DNA of 44,825 nucleotides, taken from a virus. The translations under genes and the position numbers were made by a program. The stretch spans positions 1 through 44,825 of IMG/VR virus record IMGVR_UViG_3300045450_000021. One strand, given 5' to 3'. Below the pieces are notes generated by a model. That model saw only the letters and a program-made list of their open reading frames with translations. It was not told the DNA's origin and did not search any database. Positions 34,862-41,889 of the stretch are shown here, one piece after another. Every line of letters begins with the position of its first letter. Position 1 is the stretch's first letter.

Positions 34862-34877
34862 CCCCTTGGGACCACCG

Positions 34878-34903
34878 AACCCGGCCATCGAGCCGGGTTT
34901 TTC
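34878..34903 (+). terminator. Rho-independent terminator
   Basis: AACCCGGC-N6-GCCGGGTT followed by TTTC. Confidence 0.75.
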
Positions 34904-34953
34904 ATGCCGGCAGATTGCCACCAGCGGCTAGCGGCGATGCGAAGCCCCTGCGA

Positions 34954-35183
34954 CTTGTCCCACTTGGCCCCAATTTGGGACAAGGAAATTGACCCCTGGT
35001 CCCACACTAAACCATTGATCTAGATAGCCTTTTTACCCTTTGGGACTACTAGGGACAACGTATTAAAAGAAATAGGGGGGCGTAGTAGCAATACGCCATA
35101 ACGCCTATAGGCTTTATAGAAACAGTGGTCCCTCTTGTCCCTTGGTCCCAAATCTGGTCCCAAGTGCTGGCCCCTTGTCCCTA
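34954..35183. repeat. Iteron/operator-like array: about 12 copies here, plus one at 34866, of T(G/T)GnCCC(A/T) or its complement GGGACnA, flanking an AT-rich core
   Basis: + orientation at 34955, 34964, 34997, 35126, 35135, 35143, 35155, 35168 and 35175. Inverted at 34866, 34975, 35040 and 35051. AT-rich segment 35059-35124 with hairpin 35079-35097. Confidence 0.8.
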
Positions 35184-35237
35184 GCGCATATACACTATCC
35201 CCCAAGTTGACGAATACATCCGATTACCGGGGATGAC

Positions 35238-35693
35238 ATGAAATTACCGCGAAGCGTGCAGGAGATAGCCGACGTGATCGGGACTGACCAGGCGTTATAC
35301 CTGGTGGGGCAGATGCCAAGGTTCAAGAACACCACCAAGGGCGGCTATCAGTGCGTGATGTACGTGCCCACCAAGTCCAGGCTGACCCAGCGGCATGAGC
35401 TGGTGCGCATCCTTGGCCTGATCGACGCTGGAAGGCTGTGCGAAGCATTCGGCGGGGAAATCATCCAGCCGGCCAACTGCGCCGAGATATGCCGGGCTCA
35501 CCGGGACCGCAGCATCATCCTGCTGGCAGATGAGGGCATGCCACCGGCACAGCTCGCAGAGCTTACCTGCGTGTCCGAGCGGCACGTTCGCAAGCTGTTA
35601 CGGGAAAAACCCCAAGTGGTTCACATCCACGCGAATGACAACACTCCCGCGCGTGAGCAGCGCCAACCACTACCTGACGCCATTGCGGTCTAA
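35238..35693 (+). CDS. Mor/C-family late transcription activator
   Basis: ...CEAFGGEIIQPANC...HRDRSIILLADEGMPPAQLAELTCVSERHVRKLLRE matches the Mu Mor/C pattern (FGG..h.hP, R..I, C-terminal HTH). Confidence 0.65.
   Translation: MKLPRSVQEIADVIGTDQALYLVGQMPRFKNTTKGGYQCVMYVPTKSRLTQRHELVRILGLIDAGRLCEAFGGEIIQPANCAEICRAHRDRSIILLADEGMPPAQLAELTCVSERHVRKLLREKPQVVHIHANDNTPAREQRQPLPDAIAV
35606..35645 (+). promoter_or_regulatory. Late box copy 3: AAAACCCCAAGTGG-N20-AACACT, predicted late promoter for the lysis/packaging operon, embedded in the 3' end of the activator gene
   Basis: Exact 14-mer with the fixed spacer and hexamer class. The next gene starts at 35701. Confidence 0.6.
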
Positions 35694-35700
35694 ACTACTT

Positions 35701-36090
35701 ATGGACTTACCAGAGCCAACCAACATCGCCGGGGCCATCGGCATCATCGGCGGTGCAATCGCGTCGGGGTGGGCCTTCTATCAGACTCGCCGTGAGAACC
35801 GGCGCGAAGAGAACATCATCATCACCAGCCAGCAGAAGCGCATTGATGAGCTGGTGGCAGAACTGCGCGAAGAAACGACCAGGGCAGATGCTTTCGCCAA
35901 AGAGCGAAACGATTTGGTTCGTGAATTCTCTGATGTGAAGTCCGAGCTTGCTGGACTGAAGGTCGAGATGCAGCACATGGCCAATAACCTGCGCTTCGTC
36001 ACCGAACAGAGTGCCAAGCAAGCCCAGGAGAACAGTGACCTAAGAGCACAGATTTCCGCATATCTAGCCAAAGAGAAAACCCAACCATGA
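35701..36090 (+). CDS. Lysis-cassette membrane protein (N-terminal TMD plus coiled coil), holin-like candidate
   Basis: MDLPEPTNIAGAIGIIGGAIASGWAFY followed by a long coiled coil. The internal ATG of track ORF 35530-36090 lies after the activator stop. Confidence 0.55.
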   Translation: MDLPEPTNIAGAIGIIGGAIASGWAFYQTRRENRREENIIITSQQKRIDELVAELREETTRADAFAKERNDLVREFSDVKSELAGLKVEMQHMANNLRFVTEQSAKQAQENSDLRAQISAYLAKEKTQP

Positions 36091-36497
36091 CCATTCGCGG
36101 TTCAAACCACAGCGATGTGCTTGCGCGCATCAAATGGGCCTTTCGGAATAACGGTGAGTGGGTCTTGCTCGGCCTGTTCTGCTTCCTGTGTGCCAGCGGC
36201 GGCTACTCCATGGCTGCCTGGCAGTTCAAGGACGCCGTGCAGGAGAACCAGCGCCACGCCGATGAGCGGCTGACCAGGAAGGAAGACGAGTGGGCTGATG
36301 AGCGCAAGTATTTTCGCGCCACACTCGATTCCCGCAACCGTCAGCTGGTGGCCAAGAACATCGCCTATGAGCAGTTGACCAAAATCCTTGCTGATCAGGG
36401 CGTGCTGAACGGTCAAGCGGCCAAGAGCAGTGCGAGTGCTGCCGAGACCGCTACCAAGACCCTGCAAACCATTTCAGCTGAGAAGGACGCCAAGTAA
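36087..36497 (+). CDS. Lysis-cassette membrane protein (single TMD), holin/antiholin candidate
   Basis: WVLLGLFCFLCASGGYSMAAW TMD. Coupled to its neighbours, immediately upstream of the endolysin. Confidence 0.5.
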   Translation: MTIRGSNHSDVLARIKWAFRNNGEWVLLGLFCFLCASGGYSMAAWQFKDAVQENQRHADERLTRKEDEWADERKYFRATLDSRNRQLVAKNIAYEQLTKILADQGVLNGQAAKSSASAAETATKTLQTISAEKDAK

Positions 36498-37001
36498 ATG
36501 AGAATTTCTGATCATGGAATTGCGGTTGGCCACTATTTCGAATCTTGCCGTCTGGTCGCATATCCAGACCCTGGCAGTCGTGACGGCACACCTTGGACCA
36601 TTGGCTGGGGCCATACTGGCCCTGACGTACATCGCGGGCTGGTGTGGACGCAGGATCAGGCAGATGCTGCCTTCCGCGCTGACCTGAAGCGGTTTGAGAG
36701 CGGCGTGGGCAGCCTGGTGAAGGTCCAGCTGACCCAGGGGCAGTTCGATGCCCTGGTTGACTTCGCCTATAACGTTGGCTTTGGCGACGTTAAGCGCAAC
36801 ATCCCCGGCCTGGCGACATCCACCCTGCTGCGCCTGCTGAACGCTGGCGACTATGCAGGCGCCCAAGCACAGTTCGCCCGCTGGAACAAGAACGATGGCC
36901 AGGTGATGCGCGGCCTGATCCGTCGCCGTGCGGCTGAAGCCTGCCTGTGGATCGGCCTGCCTGGGGCAGAGGCCATCAGCCGTGGAGTGAAGGCGGCATG
37001 A
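36498..37001 (+). CDS. Endolysin (GH24 lysozyme family)
   Basis: FESCRLVAYPDPGSRDGTPWTIGWGHTG...QGQFDALVDFAYNVG is the lysozyme signature. Confidence 0.85.
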   Translation: MRISDHGIAVGHYFESCRLVAYPDPGSRDGTPWTIGWGHTGPDVHRGLVWTQDQADAAFRADLKRFESGVGSLVKVQLTQGQFDALVDFAYNVGFGDVKRNIPGLATSTLLRLLNAGDYAGAQAQFARWNKNDGQVMRGLIRRRAAEACLWIGLPGAEAISRGVKAA

Positions 37002-37534
37002 CCTGGCAGCTCGCCAAGCGCATCGCAGAGCCAGCAGCCCTTGTGCTGCTGGCCTTCCTTGTCGTGTTCGCCATAGCGGGCACCGGCTATCGGTTTGGCG
37101 AAGACCGGACCACCGCCAAATGGCAGGCCAAGTGGGATGCGCGAGACATCCAGGACGCCACCTCCAAAGCTGATGCAGAGGCCAAAGCCCGCACAGAAGA
37201 ACAGCGCCGGCAGGCTGCCATCAACCAGGTACAGGAGAATGCCCAGAATGAAATCGACAAGGCCAATGATGCTGCTGCTGATGCTGAGTCCGCTTCTCAC
37301 GAGCTGCGCAGCACCATCGACAAGCTCACCAGTGGTCTCAGCACCAGCAATTCCTGCACTGCCACCGCAAGCAAGACAGCTGAGCGCACCGCCCGAGTGC
37401 TTGCCGACGTGCTCAAGCGGGCTGACCAGAGAGCGGGCAAGCTGGCAGGAACAGCTGACCAAGCAAGAGCCCGAGGAATAGCGTGCGAGGCTGCGTATGA
37501 TGCCGTTCGTCAGACGAGTGAGATAAAGCAATGA
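36998..37534 (+). CDS. i-spanin (Rz-like)
   Basis: N-terminal TMD ALVLLAFLVVFAIAG, then coiled coil. ATGA overlap with the endolysin stop. Confidence 0.75.
   Translation: MTWQLAKRIAEPAALVLLAFLVVFAIAGTGYRFGEDRTTAKWQAKWDARDIQDATSKADAEAKARTEEQRRQAAINQVQENAQNEIDKANDAAADAESASHELRSTIDKLTSGLSTSNSCTATASKTAERTARVLADVLKRADQRAGKLAGTADQARARGIACEAAYDAVRQTSEIKQ
37248..37481 (+). CDS. o-spanin (Rz1-like lipoprotein), fully embedded in the +1 frame of Rz
   Basis: MKSTRPMMLLLMLSPLLTSC with lipobox LLTSC, a Pro-rich mature part, and an AGGAGA RBS. Confidence 0.7.
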   Translation: MKSTRPMMLLLMLSPLLTSCAAPSTSSPVVSAPAIPALPPQARQLSAPPECLPTCSSGLTRERASWQEQLTKQEPEE

Positions 37535-37579
37535 ATATCGACGTCAGGCTATTGACATCGACCGAACCATGCAGTGCGC

Positions 37580-37627
37580 ACGGGTCCTTCCTGACGGGGT
37601 AAGGCATGCGGGGACATTGCCCCCGCC
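37580..37627 (+). other. Candidate cos site (cosQ-like ACGGGTCCTT plus a cosN-like dyad GCGGGG-N7-CCCCGC)
   Basis: 10-nt identity with the lambda right-end segment ACGGGTCCTT. The dyad centre is at about 37617. About 90 nt upstream of the Nu1-like TerS gene, with CGACATC repeats and an A5/T5 tract in between. Confidence 0.45.
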
Positions 37628-37702
37628 GTTCTCGACATCTGGGAGAATGTAAAAATCGTTTTTGTTGATGATGTTGGCCGGATCGATCTAGAGAATCTAT
37701 AA

Positions 37703-38230
37703 GTGGCAAGACCTACAGGCGGCGCGGTTTCCAAGGGAAAATCCGTAAATAAGACAGAGCTTTGCGACATGTTCGGCGTTACGCCGCCGACTATTGATGG
37801 GTGGGTGCGCTCTGGCTGTCCAATCGTAAGTCGTGGCGCTCGCGGGGTGTCCGCCTCATTCAATACCGCCGAGGTAGCGAAGTGGCTTCAGACCCGAGCC
37901 CGTGACGAAGGCGCCGGCACCAGCCAGGCCGACGAAGCCGAGCTGAAGCGCCGCAAGCTGGCGGCCGAGACGGCCAAGGCAGAGCTGGAGCTAGCCAAGG
38001 CCATGGGCCTGGTGGCGCCCATCCGCGAGTTTGAGCGCTCGCAAGCCGCAGTAATGGCAGCAATTCGTGCAAATATGCGTAACGTTCCGGGCCGCGCTGT
38101 TCTACAATTGCTCGGCTGTACCGATGAAATGGTTTTCAAAAGCAAGCTGATGGCCGAAATTGACCTGGCCCTGGTCACTGCATCCGAGACAGAGCCGGAT
38201 ATTGACGAAGACGAACCCGAGGACGAATGA
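37703..38230 (+). CDS. Terminase small subunit (lambda Nu1-like)
   Basis: VNKTELCDMFGVTPPTIDGWVRSGCPIV...FNTAEVAKWL parallels the lambda Nu1 N-terminal winged HTH. GTG start. Confidence 0.8.
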   Translation: MARPTGGAVSKGKSVNKTELCDMFGVTPPTIDGWVRSGCPIVSRGARGVSASFNTAEVAKWLQTRARDEGAGTSQADEAELKRRKLAAETAKAELELAKAMGLVAPIREFERSQAAVMAAIRANMRNVPGRAVLQLLGCTDEMVFKSKLMAEIDLALVTASETEPDIDEDEPEDE

Positions 38231-38538
38231 CGTATATGGACCAGGTATCAGTTCCATTCTCCAGCCTGATTGACCGCAGCGGCACCATCGCCACCGCTGG
38301 AACCGCCCAGAAAGTGCTTCAGCAGAATTCCAGCCGTCGCGGCTGGCGCCTCCAGAACAACAGCGATGCCGACCTGTACTTCAACGACACTGGCGGCACC
38401 GCTGGAATCAAGGCTGCCGGCAGCTACCGCCTGCGCGCTGGCGACTACTACGAATCGCCCCAGGCTAGCCGCCCAGGCTATGCGGTCAGCGTCATCGGTT
38501 CCAAAGCTGGTCAAGCCTTCAGCGCCGGGGAGTGGTGA
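38227..38538 (+). CDS. Small beta-rich protein of unknown function (103 aa)
   Basis: ATGA overlap with TerS. No recognisable motif. Confidence 0.6.
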   Translation: MTYMDQVSVPFSSLIDRSGTIATAGTAQKVLQQNSSRRGWRLQNNSDADLYFNDTGGTAGIKAAGSYRLRAGDYYESPQASRPGYAVSVIGSKAGQAFSAGEW

Positions 38539-38540
38539 TC

Positions 38541-39824
38541 ATGCCCATGACCACATCCGTAAGCAGCGCATCTGCCGCGCCGAGCCTGAGAAACTGGCTT
38601 GTGAAGGGCCTTTTCGGCAAGATGAAGACGTTCACCGGCAACCCGAATGCAACCCCGGTGGTGACCAATAGCCCAATGACCTTCATGTGTGTGATGGAGG
38701 TGGAGACTTCGGCTTTCATCGGCGTGCGTATCCGCGTCCCAAACCTGCACACCGCACCGATTTCCGGGGTCAAGGTGGCCGTCCAGGTGGGCTCCAACTT
38801 CCCTGGCAACACCGACGCGCACTACTACCTGACGCCTGACCTGCCGGATAACACCGGCTGGGTGCCATGCACATTCAATGGCGCCGCATCTGGCACCCTG
38901 GACGCGCAGCTGTCGTCCGAAGCGCACTCGCTGACTGCCTTCGACTTCACGCCGCTGAAGTCAGTTGCGCGGATCGGTGGGCGCGAGGGCACCACCCGTG
39001 CTGTGCTGGCGGTCAAGATCGAATTTCCGGCAGGCGCCGTGCTGTCTGGCCCCGTCAACGATGTCTGGAGCTGGCGCGTCGATGTCGCCGGCCAGAAACA
39101 CCGCCCCCTGCGCTGCGGCAAGATGGCCGTGGCGGGAATCACCACGCCCGCCAGCTTCACCATTGGCGGTGTCGCTGATGAAAACGTGGTCGTTCCGGTG
39201 GTCGAGTACCTTTCGGTCAATGCCGGATACCAGGAAATGCATGTGGGGGACTCCACAACGGAGGGCACCAATGGAGAAGTTCGGGGCTTCGGGGCCTGTG
39301 CGATTGCCACGCTGGCGGCATCTACACCGGAAAGGCCGTTCGAATACTTCAACTGTGGCATGCACGGCATGGCGCCACCGATTTATGGGCCGGCAGCCAT
39401 GGCACACCTGGACTTCGTCAGGCCGCACGTCCTGTTCTATCAGCCCTATTCCATCAACAACACCCCGGTTGGTGGCATGTCCGTTGCTGTCGAGGCTGAC
39501 GACTGGAACTGGACGATGCAGGTAGTCCGTGCCGCCCAGCGTGCTGGTGTCGGCCGAGTTCACCTGCTGGAGGGCCTGCCGGTTGACCCTGGCTTCCGTA
39601 ACACCGGGGCGGGCGACCAGAAGCGCCGCGACTTGAACGCCCTGCTGGCGAAGTTCTCCGGTGGCGCCACCGTGGTGCAGGGCTATTCCCTGCCCATGAC
39701 AGGCGCCGTCAACGCCAGCGGCCAGACCACCTTGCCGGCCGGCGCATCTGCCGATTCTGCCCACCCGAACGCTGGGAAATACATCGAGATGGCGGACAAG
39801 GTCGCGCCCTACGTGGTGCTGTAG
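38541..39824 (+). CDS. Two-domain protein with a C-terminal SGNH/GDSL-type hydrolase domain
   Basis: Block I HVGDSTTEG, block II-like FNCGMHG, block III-like YSINN, block V DSAHPN. GGGGAG RBS before the ATG at 38541. Confidence 0.65.
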   Translation: MPMTTSVSSASAAPSLRNWLVKGLFGKMKTFTGNPNATPVVTNSPMTFMCVMEVETSAFIGVRIRVPNLHTAPISGVKVAVQVGSNFPGNTDAHYYLTPDLPDNTGWVPCTFNGAASGTLDAQLSSEAHSLTAFDFTPLKSVARIGGREGTTRAVLAVKIEFPAGAVLSGPVNDVWSWRVDVAGQKHRPLRCGKMAVAGITTPASFTIGGVADENVVVPVVEYLSVNAGYQEMHVGDSTTEGTNGEVRGFGACAIATLAASTPERPFEYFNCGMHGMAPPIYGPAAMAHLDFVRPHVLFYQPYSINNTPVGGMSVAVEADDWNWTMQVVRAAQRAGVGRVHLLEGLPVDPGFRNTGAGDQKRRDLNALLAKFSGGATVVQGYSLPMTGAVNASGQTTLPAGASADSAHPNAGKYIEMADKVAPYVVL

Positions 39825-39825
39825 C

Positions 39826-41883
39826 GTGAAGCCGACCGTCGAGCAGTTCAGCAACCTGCGGGGCGTGGTGTCCGCCCTGCATCGCGCCATGCAGAACCTG
39901 GTTCCACCGCCGCCGCTGATGCCTTCCGAGTGGGCAGAGGCGAACGTTCTCATCCCGGTTGGCAACGCCAAGCCTGGCCCGATCCGCTTCGACAACGCCC
40001 CGTACCAGCGGGGCATGATCGACGCGATTGCAGAGCCTGGCGTGCGCCGCGTCTCGATGATGACTGGCGCCCAGCTGGGCAAGACCACCGTTCAGCAGTG
40101 CTGGACGGGGTACTTCATCGCCCATGAACCGCGCTCGCAAATCATGGTTCAGCCCACCCAGGGTGACGTGCAGACGTACCTGGAGACGAAGCTGCGGCCG
40201 ATGCTGGACGCAAACCCCTCCATCAGCAGCAAGATGGCCAAGCAGCGCGGTCGGGAGGGCGTGAATAACAGCCGGATCATCTCCTACATCGGGGGCTGGC
40301 TGATGTTCAGCTGGGCGGGCTCGCCCAAGACCCTGCGCGGCCGTTCTGCGCCGGTCACCCATGCCGACGAAATAGACGGTTACGAAGCCTCGCCCGAAGG
40401 CGACCCTGGCGAGCTGCTTGCCCAGCGCTCGGCATCCTTCGGGGACGATGCGCTGCGCACCGAGTCCAGCACACCCACCATCAAGGGTGAAAGCCGGATC
40501 GAAACGGCCTTCCAGCTGGGCGACCAGCGCCGCTACATGGTCCCTTGCCCCGACTGCGGACACCACCAGCACATGCGCTGGGAGCAGGTCACCTGGAGCG
40601 GGCGGCAGTCCACCAGCGTGGATGACTTCGAAAAGGATTTGCCCGGCATCGAGGCAGAAACCCACGAACCGGACACCGCGCTTTACGCCTGCGAGGAATG
40701 CGGCAGCCTGTGGGATGACGGCCAGCGGGTGGCTGCGATCCGCGAGGCCGAGCAGAACGGCGGCGGCTGGAAGGCAACCAGGGCGTTCCGAGGGCACGCC
40801 AGTTTCCACGCCCCGGAGATGCTGAGCACATTCCGGCGCCTGCGCGACATCGTGAAGTCCTACCTGGGCAAGATCGCCCTGGAGGACATGCAGTCGTTTG
40901 TGAACGTCAGCCTGGCGCTGACCTATGACCAGAAGGGCGAACAGGCCGACCCTACCGGTTTGATGAAGACGGCCATCGACTACCCTGCCGAGGTTCCGGC
41001 CGGCGGCCTCTACATCACCGCCGGGGTGGACATGCAGATGGACCGCCTGGAATGCGAAGTGGTGGCTTGGGGCGACGGTGAGCGCAGCTGGTCGCTGGGC
41101 TATCACGTCCTATGGGGTGACCCTGAGCATCCAGACGTGTGGGCGGACCTGGAAGACCTGCTGGCGTCCACCTACCAGCACGAAAGCGGCGCCGTTCTGC
41201 CGATCATGGCTGCCTGCCTGGATACCGGTGGCACCAACGGCATGACCCAGGCCGCCTATGAGTTCGCTAAGGGTAGGACTGGCCGCCGGCTGTTCGCCAT
41301 CAAGGGCATCTCCGGCTGGGACCGCCCTATCGTGGAGAAGCCGGAGCGCAAGCAGAGCGGCAAGGACGCGCGTAAGGTGGACCTGTTCAAGGTCGGCGTT
41401 GACCAGGCCAAGCTGACGGTGATGCGGCGCCTGTCGCGAACCATCGACCATGACCCGGAGCAGCCCGACCAGGGCGGCCATTGCTACTTCCCCAAGGACA
41501 GGGATGGCGAGTGGTATAAGCAGCTCACGGCAGAGAAGCTGGTGACCCGCTACATCAAGGGCCAGCCTGTGCGCGAGTGGCACAAGCCCGACCGCGCCCG
41601 AAACGAAGCCCTTGACTGCCGGGTGTACGCCCTGGCGGCGCTGAAGATCATGGCGCCATCCTTCAAGCGCCTGGCCGAACGCCTTGGCCTGGTCCAGCAG
41701 CGAGGGTTCAAGCCGCGCAAGGTGGAAGAGCAGCCTGTAAACGACAACGTTCCGGCGCCGCAAAGGGTTCAGGAAAAACCCCAAGTGGAAGAAAAGCCAC
41801 CCATTCCAGAGACTAAGCCCAAAATCAAGCGCTCAAAAGCTGCCGCAGCAGGTCGCGGCGGGGGTTGGGCGTCCAGATGGTGA
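39826..41883 (+). CDS. Terminase large subunit (lambda GpA-like)
   Basis: PYQRGMIDAI...SMMTGAQLGKTT plus the Zn-ribbon-like CPDCGHHQHM...CEECGS, as in GpA. GTG start 1 nt after the previous stop. Confidence 0.9.
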   Translation: MKPTVEQFSNLRGVVSALHRAMQNLVPPPPLMPSEWAEANVLIPVGNAKPGPIRFDNAPYQRGMIDAIAEPGVRRVSMMTGAQLGKTTVQQCWTGYFIAHEPRSQIMVQPTQGDVQTYLETKLRPMLDANPSISSKMAKQRGREGVNNSRIISYIGGWLMFSWAGSPKTLRGRSAPVTHADEIDGYEASPEGDPGELLAQRSASFGDDALRTESSTPTIKGESRIETAFQLGDQRRYMVPCPDCGHHQHMRWEQVTWSGRQSTSVDDFEKDLPGIEAETHEPDTALYACEECGSLWDDGQRVAAIREAEQNGGGWKATRAFRGHASFHAPEMLSTFRRLRDIVKSYLGKIALEDMQSFVNVSLALTYDQKGEQADPTGLMKTAIDYPAEVPAGGLYITAGVDMQMDRLECEVVAWGDGERSWSLGYHVLWGDPEHPDVWADLEDLLASTYQHESGAVLPIMAACLDTGGTNGMTQAAYEFAKGRTGRRLFAIKGISGWDRPIVEKPERKQSGKDARKVDLFKVGVDQAKLTVMRRLSRTIDHDPEQPDQGGHCYFPKDRDGEWYKQLTAEKLVTRYIKGQPVREWHKPDRARNEALDCRVYALAALKIMAPSFKRLAERLGLVQQRGFKPRKVEEQPVNDNVPAPQRVQEKPQVEEKPPIPETKPKIKRSKAAAAGRGGGWASRW
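41775..41814 (+). promoter_or_regulatory. Late box copy 4: AAAACCCCAAGTGG-N20-GAGACT, predicted late promoter for the head operon, embedded in the TerL C-terminal tail
   Basis: Exact 14-mer with the fixed spacer and hexamer class. The next gene starts at 41890. Confidence 0.55.
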
Positions 41884-41889
41884 CGCTTA

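Noticed and set aside
34954-35183. The repeat array read as a CRISPR array or tandem satellite.
   Set aside because: The units are only 7-10 bp, occur in both orientations, and have no regular repeat-spacer periodicity. There are no cas genes.
35020-35205. 61-aa minus-strand ORF inside the repeat array.
   Set aside because: It has no RBS. Its sequence is a by-product of the GGGAC/GTCCC repeats, and it lies in an otherwise regulatory-looking gap.
35199-35212. A sixth late box (CCCCCAAGTTGACG) directly upstream of the activator gene.
   Set aside because: Only 10/14 positions match, and there is no NANNCT hexamer at the fixed 20-nt distance. It is kept only as a note within the array finding.
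35604-35613. GAAAAACCCC read as a programmed frameshift slippery site.
   Set aside because: It is not an XXXYYYZ heptamer in the used frame. There is no extended alternative-frame ORF after the coding copies, and two copies are intergenic.
35530-35700. N-terminal extension of track ORF 35530-36090, overlapping the activator gene.
   Set aside because: It overlaps the well-supported Mor-like gene out of frame. The ATG at 35701, just after the activator stop, gives a TMD-first lysis protein.
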